A stretch of 64,000 bases of DNA from an uncultured Lachnospiraceae bacterium (lineage in GTDB: Bacteria > Bacillota > Clostridia > Lachnospirales > Lachnospiraceae): assembly GCA_944383765.1 (NCBI GenBank), contig CALWQT010000014.1, positions 463 through 64,462 on the forward strand. The letters are read 5' to 3'. Below, piece after piece: positions 1 to 7,560 of the stretch. A program made the translations under genes and the position numbers. The notes beneath the pieces were generated by a model. It did not search any database and was not told the origin of the DNA. It saw only the letters and a program-made list of their open reading frames with translations. Within the stretch, counting starts at the first letter, position 1. Each line of letters starts with the position of its first letter.

Positions 1-2
1 AC

Positions 3-230
3 GGATGGATTCCGGTAGAAGAGAAGTTACCAGACACAGAAGATTATATCTTGATATCGTTTAAAAACTTCAGTGTTCCTGCCATAGGAATATATGAAAA
101 AGATAAAGATGGAAGTGGAGCATTTTACATAGGTGATGAACTTGAAACCTGTATTAGACAGAATTTATATGTTAATGCTTGGCAGCAGCTTCCAGTACCT
201 TACAGACCAAAGGAGGAAGATGATGTATAA
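3..230 (+). CDS. phage protein, DUF551-like C-terminal part (5' end outside window)
   Basis: Frame 3 is open from the window edge to TAA 228-230: GWIPVEEKLPDTEDYILISF... The GWIPVEE-LP signature recalls DUF551 phage proteins. Absent from the ORF track because no start lies in the window. Confidence 0.45.
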   Translation, partial: GWIPVEEKLPDTEDYILISFKNFSVPAIGIYEKDKDGSGAFYIGDELETCIRQNLYVNAWQQLPVPYRPKEEDDV

Positions 231-402
231 AAACCATGAAGGATACCCGGCTCCGACAGAAGGGAGAGCAATCCGGGAGGCAGACAAGCCGCCGGAAGAG
301 GTACGGCATTTCCGCCTGGCAATGAAGCTGATGTGCCAGATTTGCCATGTCAGAATTCTGGGGAAAGTAACGGTGGTAGACAAGAAGGGTCAGAGATGGT
401 AG
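220..402 (+). CDS. small phage protein of unknown function (60 aa)
   Basis: AGGAGG 211-216 then ATG 220. ORF-track frame 133..402 trimmed to the RBS-supported start; overlaps the stop of the upstream gene. Confidence 0.5.
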   Translation: MMYKNHEGYPAPTEGRAIREADKPPEEVRHFRLAMKLMCQICHVRILGKVTVVDKKGQRW

Positions 403-405
403 GGG

Positions 406-849
406 GTGATACCAGTGAACAAGAAAGAAATGACATCAAAAGAATATCTGCAGCAGATACGGGCAGATGATTTGAGAATCGAGCAAAAGATCAAAGAATA
501 TGAATCCTTGTTGAGTAGGAAAGCATCATTGGTTGGTATGAATTATACGGCAGAGAGAGTTCAGACTTCTCCGGATGGATCGGGATTTACGAAAATCGTA
601 GATAGATTAGTGGATCTGCAGCAGGAGATCAATGATGATATAGATGCGTTTTGCGATAGCCAACATAAAAAAATATCTGAAATACATAAACTGAGCAAAC
701 CTGAATATATAGAGGTTCTTTTTAAACGATATGTAGAAGGACAGGCATTGGAACAGATTGCAGCAGATATGGGGTATTCGTATAATTGGTGTTGCCATAT
801 TCACGGTGAAGCACTGAAAGAATTTGAAAAAGTCCGTAACTTTCCGTAG
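406..849 (+). CDS. phage late-gene transcriptional regulator, sigma-70 region-4-like HTH (ArpU/RinA/DUF1492 type)
   Basis: C-terminal EYIEVLFKRYVEGQALEQIAADMGYSYNWCCHIHGEALKEF looks like a sigma region 4 HTH. Size and position upstream of the packaging genes match Firmicutes phages. True start may be GTG 415 or ATG 430. Confidence 0.55.
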   Translation: MIPVNKKEMTSKEYLQQIRADDLRIEQKIKEYESLLSRKASLVGMNYTAERVQTSPDGSGFTKIVDRLVDLQQEINDDIDAFCDSQHKKISEIHKLSKPEYIEVLFKRYVEGQALEQIAADMGYSYNWCCHIHGEALKEFEKVRNFP

Positions 850-896
850 TTTTCCGTAACTGACCGTAAGACTTTTTTGAAAAACCCTGATATAAT
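834..896 (+). promoter_or_regulatory. four CCGTA direct repeats at exact 10-bp phasing followed by an extended -10 (TGATATAAT) with no usable -35
   Basis: CCGTA at 834, 844, 854, 864; TGaTATAAT at 888-896; the nearest TTGAAA (877-882) is only 8 bp from the -10. Confidence 0.4.
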
Positions 897-1102
897 GATA
901 GCATGAAGTACTCGGAAAGAGGAGTCACCCCTTTTTCTTTCCGGGTGCTTCTTTTTTACTCCTGTGAATAGATAGCCCTTGCCAGGTGTTATAGCTTGGC
1001 AGGGAATTCCTTTTATCCACAATATGTTGATAATGCGGTGGATAAGACACAAGATATTGCTATTTTGTTTTGCGTAAATAGTAAAAATATCTGGAAAAGG
1101 CA

Positions 1103-1131
1103 TTGACGTACGTATACGTATATAGTATAAT
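1103..1131 (+). promoter_or_regulatory. sigma-70-type promoter TTGACG-17-TATAAT for the small peptide gene
   Basis: TTGACG 1103-1108, 17-bp spacer, TATAAT 1126-1131. The spacer contains the perfect 12-bp palindrome TACGTATACGTA (1109-1120). Confidence 0.6.
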
Positions 1132-1156
1132 TATATCATAAGGAGGTGAAATACAG

Positions 1157-1276
1157 ATGAGAGGCGAAAGCCGAAAGAAAAAGTCCAATAGCAATATAAA
1201 AGCTTGGGCAGCCGAATTGCTAAAGGACTTAATCGTAGGAATCATCTTACTGATTCTGAATAAGCTACTGGAGTAG
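1157..1276 (+). CDS. small membrane peptide, 39 aa (type I toxin-like candidate)
   Basis: AGGAGGTGA 1141-1149, ATG 1157. MRGESRKKKSNSNIKAWAAELLKDLIVGIILLILNKLLE: basic N-terminus plus one hydrophobic helix. Below the ORF-track size cut-off. Confidence 0.5.
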   Translation: MRGESRKKKSNSNIKAWAAELLKDLIVGIILLILNKLLE

Positions 1277-1278
1277 CG

Positions 1279-1300
1279 GAGAGGGGCGAAAGCCCTTCTC
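1279..1300. terminator. GC-rich hairpin (9-bp stem, GAAA loop) right after the peptide gene
   Basis: GAGAGGGGC-GAAA-GCCCTTCTC; no clean T-run on either strand, so it may be a stability or antisense-target element rather than a classical terminator. Confidence 0.4.
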
Positions 1301-1308
1301 TAAAACAA

Positions 1309-1337
1309 AGTATAGCATACTCATCTGTAGAAAACAA
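1309..1337 (-). promoter_or_regulatory. convergent promoter TTGTTT-17-TATACT with TGc extended -10
   Basis: Minus strand: TTGTTT (1337-1332), 17-bp spacer, TATACT (1314-1309) preceded by TGC. Would transcribe antisense through the hairpin into the 3' end of the peptide gene. Confidence 0.4.
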
Positions 1338-1339
1338 GA

Positions 1340-1465
1340 ATGAAAGAAATGGTTCGTTTGCTGTTAACTGTTTTAGCTGTCTTTTTCTTTGCAAGGGCTG
1401 CTTACTATGGCGTGAAGATTATACTTCGAATGTGGAGGAGCAGAGATGGACGAGAAGAAGAGTAG
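1340..1465 (+). CDS. possible second small membrane peptide, 41 aa (weak)
   Basis: MKEMVRLLLTVLAVFFFARAAYYGVKIILRMWRSRDGREEE has one hydrophobic helix, but there is no convincing RBS and it overlaps the next gene. Confidence 0.2.
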   Translation: MKEMVRLLLTVLAVFFFARAAYYGVKIILRMWRSRDGREEE

Positions 1466-1652
1466 ACCACAGGACAAATGGGATGCTAAGGCAGGGATGG
1501 TTCCCAAAACCTACAAAGTGAAGAAGGCTGCAGCGGAAGAATTTGCTGCGTTATGCAAACAGCAGGGGATTGCCGTAGGTATTAAGCTGTCAGAACTGAT
1601 GGCTGAATACGTAGCAGAACACGGGAAAGACATAGATTCTACGAATGATTAA
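1446..1652 (+). CDS. small phage protein, ribbon-helix-helix-like, paralog A
   Basis: GGAGGAG 1434-1440 then ATG 1446. Aligns with the next ORF: K-[WY]-x-x-K-A-G ... K-x-[YF]-K-[VI]-K ... AExF ... C ... G ... K-[LI]-[ST]-ELM. Confidence 0.6.
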   Translation: MDEKKSRPQDKWDAKAGMVPKTYKVKKAAAEEFAALCKQQGIAVGIKLSELMAEYVAEHGKDIDSTND

Positions 1653-1664
1653 GGAGGAACCATA

Positions 1665-1865
1665 ATGCCAAAAGGCAGCCCAACCCCTCAAACGATAGCC
1701 AGTGAGAAGTACCAGAAGAAAGCCGGATACATGACGAAAGGATTTAAAATCAAACGGGAGGTAGCAGAACGTTTTGAGAACGCCTGCGAAAAAGCCGGAG
1801 TTAGCCAGGCGGCAAAGATTACAGAACTGATGCTGGCATTTGCAGAGGAGCAGGAAAGAGAATAA
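1665..1865 (+). CDS. small phage protein, ribbon-helix-helix-like, paralog B
   Basis: AAGGAGG upstream. Homologous to 1446..1652; beta-strand (KGFKIK) plus two helices fits an RHH fold. Confidence 0.6.
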   Translation: MPKGSPTPQTIASEKYQKKAGYMTKGFKIKREVAERFENACEKAGVSQAAKITELMLAFAEEQERE

Positions 1866-1874
1866 GGAGCGGAG

Positions 1875-1901
1875 AGGACGTCTGAGAAGGCGTCCTTTTT
1901 G
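1875..1901 (+). terminator. rho-independent terminator after the RHH pair
   Basis: AGGACG-N10-CGTCCT followed by TTTTTG. Confidence 0.5.
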
Positions 1902-2040
1902 TATGCCTCATGTACATAGGTACTACTGGCCCCCACCCCCGATGCGGGTGCGAGGAAGGCCCGGTATTTTTCTCTTTCCGGACAAAAAAAATGGGGTACT
2001 TCCTTCCGCTTTTGGGGGTTCATGGAGAGGTGATAAAGTT

Positions 2041-2568
2041 ATGATAGTAAATCAAAAAGAATTGGCCCAGTGCTTGGGGATAAGTAGCCGGAGAGTGCGG
2101 CAATTAAAGGATGAAGGGCTGTTTCAATTAAGTAAAGCGGAACGAGGGTATATTCTGGAAAAGAGCATTCAGGAGTACATAGAGTATAAGGTAAATGCGG
2201 AAACGGGAAGGCGGGCATCTATCTCAAAAGAGGAAGTGCAGGCGGAGCATGAGGAAGTCAAAATGAAGATTTCTCTTTTGAAGCTGCGGAAGTTGCGCAG
2301 AGAGCTTCATGAAGCTGAAGACGTAGAAGCGTTTCTGTCTTCTATGCTTCTTCGATTTCGTAACCGGCTTTTGGCGGTGCCGTCAAAACTTGCGATGGAA
2401 GTGGCGGGTGAAACGGATTTGAATGTTATTATGCAGGTGACTAAACGGGAGATGCTTGCAGTACTGGAAGAACTCGCAGAATATGACCCCGATGAGATTG
2501 ATGGCCAAAAGGGGGAAGATGATGAAGATCTGGAGGAGGACGAAGATGAGGGGGAGTTAGATGAATGA
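2041..2568 (+). CDS. terminase small subunit (HTH N-terminus, acidic C-tail)
   Basis: GGAGAGG then ATG 2041: MIVNQKELAQCLGISSRRVRQLKDEGL... HTH. Stop overlaps the large-terminase start. The ORF-track extension back to 1840 crosses a terminator and is rejected. Confidence 0.7.
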   Translation: MIVNQKELAQCLGISSRRVRQLKDEGLFQLSKAERGYILEKSIQEYIEYKVNAETGRRASISKEEVQAEHEEVKMKISLLKLRKLRRELHEAEDVEAFLSSMLLRFRNRLLAVPSKLAMEVAGETDLNVIMQVTKREMLAVLEELAEYDPDEIDGQKGEDDEDLEEDEDEGELDE

Positions 2569-4412
2569 CACAGCGCAAAAGAAGCAGAAGAAAAACCAGG
2601 GCCTTGTTTCAACGGGTTTTACGCAGATGTCTGGCAAGCCAGGAGGAAATTACTGTCAGTGAATGGGCAGAGAGATACCGGGTCTTAGATGACAGCAGTA
2701 ATATATCCGGAAAATGGTCCAATGCAGTAACTCCATATTTGGTGGGAATCATGGATACTTTTAATGATCCTCATATCAGGGAGATTTATCTATGTAAAGG
2801 CGCTCAGCTTGGAGGAACTGAGGCCCTGATCAATATGCTGGGATATATAGTCAGTGAAGATCCAGGACCTACTATGATTGTCTATCCATCGGATGATCTG
2901 GCCAAGGATATATCTAACGATAAATTAAAACCGGCCTTTCGCTTGATTCCGCAGGTCCGAAAACAGTTTTATGAGAATAGTTCCAAGGAATTGCGGCTGA
3001 AGTTTAAATCGATGACCCTTTATTTGCGTGGAGCGGGTTCTCCTTCTAAATTGGCATCCAAAGCAATTCGATATTTGTTCTTTGATGAGATAGATAAGAT
3101 GGGAGGGGCTTCCAAAAAAGAAGCGTCACCCTACAGCCTTGCGATGGAGCGTATTAAAACATTTCGGTCACAAAGCAAGGTGTATGCCTGTTCCACACCT
3201 ACGATTAAAGAAAATTATATCTGGCAGCTTCACGATAATGCAGATGAGGTAAGGGAATATTTTGTACCGTGTCCGCACTGTGGTGAGATGCAGCGCCTGG
3301 ATTTTCATCAGATTAAATTTTGTGAAGATCAGGAAGAATCCATGTCTCCGTATGAGAGAGCAAAAACGGCGGTATATGTCTGTCCGGAATGCGGCTGTGA
3401 AATCTCAAATGGGGATAAGCCTAAGATGCTGCGAGAAGGAATGTGGAAAGCGGTTAAAAAGAGAGGTGTAGGAAGCCCTAAGACGGTTGGGTTTCGGATT
3501 AGTTCCCTGTACAGTATCTTTGTGACATGGCAGGACGTAGCAGAAGCTTTTTTGAAATCTTATAAAGATCCGGAAGAGTTCCAAAATTTTGTGAACAGCT
3601 GGCTGGCAGAGGCATGGGAAGATACAAAGCTTAAGACATCAAAGGATTTGGTAAAAGACCGCCAGACAGAATATGAAGAATACGAAGTGCCGGATTGGGC
3701 GATTGAATTGACAGGAGGAATAGATGTTCAGGAGACGTCTGTTTACTGGGTGATTCGTGCCTGGGGCGAACACTGGACAAGCCAGTGTATTGCCAGGGGT
3801 CAGGAAATTGACCTCTGGAAAGCAGATGAGATCATGAATTTGAATTATGAAAAGAGAGATGGAACCAAGCTGTCTCCATCTCTGGTATTGGTGGATTCTG
3901 GTGATCAGACGGATATGGTGTACAATTTTTGTGCAGACACCTCGGATTATACTTTGCCAAGTAAAGGCGCCAGTAAAAAACTGGACTCAGATTATCGTAT
4001 CAGTATAATCAATAAGCCTGGAACACGGGCTACCGGAATGTCATTGGTACTGGTGGATACAGAGAAATATAAGGATCGCATAGCAGCCAGAATGCGCAGA
4101 GAAAACGGGAATGGATCCTGGATGGTGTTTTCCGGCATTGATGATGATTATGCGGAACAGGTAACTTCAGAGCATAAGATCAATGAGCGTCAGGGAAATG
4201 GACGGAAAATACAGAAGTGGGTCAAGAAAAATTCTCATGGGGATAATCATTATCTGGATGCAGAAGTGTATGCAATGGCAGCAGCGGATATCAGGGGAGC
4301 CAGAACCTGGCATTTGGATAAGTATGAATCTCCAAAGATGGAGAGGCTGGAGCAGCAGCGTTCGCCAGAGGAACAGTGGATTCAGGAAAATGAATTAGAA
4401 GGGTGGATATGA
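2565..4412 (+). CDS. terminase large subunit, lambda GpA family
   Basis: 615 aa. Walker-type FFDEIDK region and zinc-ribbon CPHCG...CPECG as in GpA-type terminases; position after the small subunit. Confidence 0.9.
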   Translation: MTQRKRSRRKTRALFQRVLRRCLASQEEITVSEWAERYRVLDDSSNISGKWSNAVTPYLVGIMDTFNDPHIREIYLCKGAQLGGTEALINMLGYIVSEDPGPTMIVYPSDDLAKDISNDKLKPAFRLIPQVRKQFYENSSKELRLKFKSMTLYLRGAGSPSKLASKAIRYLFFDEIDKMGGASKKEASPYSLAMERIKTFRSQSKVYACSTPTIKENYIWQLHDNADEVREYFVPCPHCGEMQRLDFHQIKFCEDQEESMSPYERAKTAVYVCPECGCEISNGDKPKMLREGMWKAVKKRGVGSPKTVGFRISSLYSIFVTWQDVAEAFLKSYKDPEEFQNFVNSWLAEAWEDTKLKTSKDLVKDRQTEYEEYEVPDWAIELTGGIDVQETSVYWVIRAWGEHWTSQCIARGQEIDLWKADEIMNLNYEKRDGTKLSPSLVLVDSGDQTDMVYNFCADTSDYTLPSKGASKKLDSDYRISIINKPGTRATGMSLVLVDTEKYKDRIAARMRRENGNGSWMVFSGIDDDYAEQVTSEHKINERQGNGRKIQKWVKKNSHGDNHYLDAEVYAMAAADIRGARTWHLDKYESPKMERLEQQRSPEEQWIQENELEGWI

Positions 4413-4413
4413 T

Positions 4414-4656
4414 ATGTCAGAAGAGACCAACGTAGCGTATGGAACAGCAGAAGAACAGCTGAAGGTATTGAATGAAGCCATTTATAAGATTATGGTTGGA
4501 GGACAAAGCTATAAAATCGGAACCAGATCTTTAACACGGGCAGATTTGAGTACACTGATTGCAGAAAGAGACCGTTTGGAATCCCAAATGGGAGGAAATA
4601 CTTCTTTGCTGGATGGGGCTTATGCGGCGGATTTTGGGCCGGATAATCGGAGGTAA
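4414..4656 (+). CDS. head-tail joining protein, lambda gpW-like
   Basis: 80 aa between terminase and portal as in lambda (A-W-B); the ...QSYKIGTRSLTRADLSTLIAERDRLE pattern resembles gpW family. Confidence 0.6.
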   Translation: MSEETNVAYGTAEEQLKVLNEAIYKIMVGGQSYKIGTRSLTRADLSTLIAERDRLESQMGGNTSLLDGAYAADFGPDNRR

Positions 4657-6197
4657 TGGAACGAATGAAATTGAATATGATAGATAAAGTCATAGGAGCG
4701 GTAAGTCCGAAGGCGGGGGCAGCAAGAGCTGCTTGGCGTAGTCAGTATGAGGCGTACCGTGGAAACTATGATGCCGGGGACGCCGGGAGACTGCAAAGCC
4801 AGTGGAGTACACAGAATTTGTCAACAGAGATGACAGACCGGTATGACCGGGAACGTGTACGGGCAAGAGCCAGGGATTTGGAACGAAATTCTGACGTTAT
4901 GAATGCTGTCCTCCGGGCATTTCGCAGAAATGTGATCGGGAGTGGGCTGCAGGTAAGGGTTACTACAGGAGATACAGAAATCAATGATATTCTGGAAAAG
5001 ACATGGAACCGATGGTGTAAACGGATCAACTGTGATGTAACAGGACAGCAGTCATTCATTCAGATTGTGAGAATGTGTATCCAGAGGAAGCTTACAGATG
5101 GCGGAATTTTGATTGTAAAAAGATATACAGATCAGGGATTTCTTCCACTGCAGCTTCAGATTCTGGAGGTTGATGAGCTGGATACCACGCAGCTTCAGCC
5201 TAAAAAGAAAGGAAATAAGGTAGTTGGGGGAATTGAATATAATCGATGGAACCGGCCGGAGGGATATTGGATACGGCAATATTCCATTGATGGATATACA
5301 CAGATGACACCGGTCTATGTAAAGGCACAGGATGTCATCTTTTATTATACAAAAAAACGGCCTTCTCAGATTCGGGAAATGTCAGATCTTAGCCAGACTC
5401 TGGTGAGAATCAAGGATATGAATGAATTCATGACAGCGGTCACTATTAAAGAAAAGATTGCTGCGTGTCTGGCTGTTTTCATTAAACGCATCAATCCGGG
5501 AGGAGGGACGCCGGGGAAAATTCGGTCAGGAGGTCCTGCAGTTAATTATGAGGGAAAGAGAATCGTTCCGGGAATGATTATGGAAATGAATGCAGGTGAT
5601 GAGGCCCAGATGCTGAATCCATCCAGTCAGGGAACGGATGCCACTGCATTCATCAAAACGCAGCAGCGTATGATATCTTCGGCAAGTGGACTATCCTATG
5701 AGGCAACATCCAGGGATATGTCAGAAACGAATTATGCTTCAGCCCGTCAGTCCATGATAGAGGATGATCTGACTTATGAAGAAGAGAGAGAACTTTTGGT
5801 GGAGTGTCTTCTGAATGAGATTTATGAATCTTTTGTCATATCCTGCTGGCTGAAAGGATTGATACCGGCGGCCGATTTTTGGGAACGGAAGGAAATGTAT
5901 TTTTCCCATGAGTGGGTAGTCAAGCCGAAGCGATGGATTGACCCGTCAAAGGAGGCGAATGCCAACGGAGTAGCATTGAAAACCGGTCAGAAGACGTTTC
6001 AGCAGATTTGTGCGGAAAATGGTCGGGACTGGAAGAAAGTAGTGGATGAAATGGCGGAATCCCAGGAGTATGCGAGAGAAAAAGGGATTGATTTAATGGC
6101 TATGATTCTGGGAACTGACATACAGACAGAAAAGGAGGAAAAGGAAGATGGGAATCAGAAAGTGCCCGATGAAGAAAAATCCACAGGGGGAAAATGA
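4656..6197 (+). CDS. portal protein, lambda family
   Basis: 513 aa, position after gpW, lambda-type portal features (my recognition). Start could also be ATG 4665 or 4677. Confidence 0.85.
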   Translation: MERMKLNMIDKVIGAVSPKAGAARAAWRSQYEAYRGNYDAGDAGRLQSQWSTQNLSTEMTDRYDRERVRARARDLERNSDVMNAVLRAFRRNVIGSGLQVRVTTGDTEINDILEKTWNRWCKRINCDVTGQQSFIQIVRMCIQRKLTDGGILIVKRYTDQGFLPLQLQILEVDELDTTQLQPKKKGNKVVGGIEYNRWNRPEGYWIRQYSIDGYTQMTPVYVKAQDVIFYYTKKRPSQIREMSDLSQTLVRIKDMNEFMTAVTIKEKIAACLAVFIKRINPGGGTPGKIRSGGPAVNYEGKRIVPGMIMEMNAGDEAQMLNPSSQGTDATAFIKTQQRMISSASGLSYEATSRDMSETNYASARQSMIEDDLTYEEERELLVECLLNEIYESFVISCWLKGLIPAADFWERKEMYFSHEWVVKPKRWIDPSKEANANGVALKTGQKTFQQICAENGRDWKKVVDEMAESQEYAREKGIDLMAMILGTDIQTEKEEKEDGNQKVPDEEKSTGGK

Positions 6198-6792
6198 TTT
6201 TCACCCGATCCGGTTTATGGAGGCAGGAATCAGAGCATTAGAAGGAGATGAGAATGAAAAAAGATTTGAACTTTCATTTTCTTCAGAAGAGCCGTATACA
6301 AGATGGTATGGGGTAGAAATTCTGGATCATTCAGAAGGGTGCATGGATTTGTCACGCTTACAGAGTATGGGAGTAGTCCTGTTTAACCATAATACCAATA
6401 AAGTATTAGGCAAAGTGGAAAAAGCCTGGAATGAAGAGCAGCGAGGAAAGGCTGTTATTTCTTTCGATGATGACGATGAGGCGGAAGTAATTCGTAAGAA
6501 GGTATCCGGGGGAACATTAAAGGGGGTTTCGGTGGGATATAGTGTGGACGCCTGGGAGGAAGTGGCCGCTGGAAAGAAATCATCGGATGGGCGGTTTACC
6601 GGTCCATGTTATATTGCGAAGAAGTGGACTCCATTGGAAATCAGTATCGTATCTGTCCCGGCTGACCCAACTGTAGGAGTGGGGAGAACGTATGAATCAG
6701 AGAAACATACAGAAGGAAAATCTGCAGAGCTGTCGCTGCTTGAACGAATGATACAGGTCAATGAAAATCGGATTAGTCTGCAGAATCATTAA
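6148..6792 (+). CDS. prohead protease, HK97 family
   Basis: AGGAGG 6133-6138. VLFNHNTNKVLGKV ... EISIVSVPADP motifs typical of HK97-type prohead proteases. Confidence 0.85.
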   Translation: MGIRKCPMKKNPQGENDFHPIRFMEAGIRALEGDENEKRFELSFSSEEPYTRWYGVEILDHSEGCMDLSRLQSMGVVLFNHNTNKVLGKVEKAWNEEQRGKAVISFDDDDEAEVIRKKVSGGTLKGVSVGYSVDAWEEVAAGKKSSDGRFTGPCYIAKKWTPLEISIVSVPADPTVGVGRTYESEKHTEGKSAELSLLERMIQVNENRISLQNH

Positions 6793-6850
6793 AGAGGCCA
6801 GAAACTTTCCGCTTTCTGTATAGCATGGGAATCTGACCTCTTATTTACCA

Positions 6851-7039
6851 CTATTCTTTTTCAGGGCGACATAATTCATCAAGAGATACTCCCAAGGCAT
6901 CTGCCAGAAGTATGGCAGTGGATATACGGCAGTCATCTCTGTTTTCAATTTCTTGTATGGTCCGGCGGGGAACCCCAGAGAGTTCTACAAGTTTTGGAAC
7001 GGATAGACCTTGCTCCAGGCGTATTTTTCGCAAGTTCAT
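6851..7039 (-). CDS. XRE-family helix-turn-helix regulator (62 aa), opposite strand to the virion genes
   Basis: AGGAGG then ATG 7039. MNLRKIRLEQGLSVPKLVELSGVPRRTIQEIENRDDCRISTAILLADALGVSLDEL is a classic HTH_3 domain. The ORF-track start at 7096 has no RBS. Confidence 0.8.
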   Translation of the reverse strand: MNLRKIRLEQGLSVPKLVELSGVPRRTIQEIENRDDCRISTAILLADALGVSLDELCRPEKE

Positions 7040-7218
7040 ATAGTGTGCCTCCTGTGATAAAGATAAATGATAAAAAGGAAAAGCCAGGCAATCCATTTTA
7101 TCCAGTCAAAAAGAGTAGGAGAGGAAAATTCTCCTCGGAATCCTTCCAATAGAAGAAGAATAGTGAGAACAGTTAAAATGATACGATATAATTTCATATT
7201 TATTTTGGCAAATGAATG

Positions 7219-7227
7219 TGGTATATT
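7219..7227 (+). promoter_or_regulatory. extended -10 element TGgTATATT, convergent with the 43-aa peptide gene
   Basis: TGGTATATT at 7219-7227 with poor -35. A transcript would run through the 7243-7258 hairpin into the T-rich 7266-7280 tract, antisense to the peptide 3' end. Confidence 0.3.
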
Positions 7228-7242
7228 GAGAAGGAAGAAGGT

Positions 7243-7258
7243 AGGGGCGAGAGCCCCT
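7243..7258. terminator. hairpin AGGGGC-GAGA-GCCCCT shared by convergent transcripts
   Basis: 6-bp GC stem with tetraloop. On the + strand it is followed by CTTACTTCTTTTTTCTTTT. Resembles the 1279-1300 hairpin. Confidence 0.45.
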
Positions 7259-7262
7259 GACC

Positions 7263-7394
7263 TTACTTCTTTTTTCTTTTAGACCTTTTAGATTTGCGAT
7301 CTCGTTTCGTCTTGACTATCAGGCAAATGGCAGTGACGATTGCGAGAAATGCTTCTGAAAGGTCTTTTATTATTTCGCTTAGCGATTCATTCAT
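7263..7394 (-). CDS. small membrane peptide, 43 aa, with poly-basic C-tail (type I toxin-like candidate)
   Basis: GGAGG then ATG 7394. MNESLSEIIKDLSEAFLAIVTAICLIVKTKRDRKSKRSKRKKK. Below the ORF-track cut-off. Confidence 0.5.
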   Translation of the reverse strand: MNESLSEIIKDLSEAFLAIVTAICLIVKTKRDRKSKRSKRKKK

Positions 7395-7421
7395 TTGTTG
7401 TTTCCTCCTTTCTATGGTTTA

Positions 7422-7450
7422 ATAATAGCACATATTATAGTGCTAGTCAA
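7422..7450 (-). promoter_or_regulatory. promoter TTGACT-17-TATTAT (TGc extended -10) for the 43-aa peptide gene
   Basis: Minus strand TTGACT 7450-7445, 17-bp spacer containing inverted arms AGCAC/GTGCT, TATTAT 7427-7422. Confidence 0.5.
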
Positions 7451-7560
7451 GCAAAATATTACTTTTTTTTCAAGCAGCAGGAAAAATTCTTGCTGCTTTT
7501 CCTATACAGAAAAATGATCAGAAATCGTGGCAGTATAAAAAAGCGAAAGGGGGTGAGAAG

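Noticed and set aside
1840-2040. N-terminal extension of the small terminase ORF (track start 1840)
   Set aside because: The extension overlaps the previous gene's stop, crosses a terminator hairpin and the GC-rich island, and translates to an implausible Arg/Pro-rich sequence. ATG 2041 has an RBS and begins the HTH.
4183-4398. Internal alternative-frame ORFs within terminase, portal, tape measure and other phage genes (for example 3262..3471, 4183..4398, 12089..12334, 9132..9368)
   Set aside because: They are embedded in genes with clear family identity, lack RBSs, and are explained by chance open frames.
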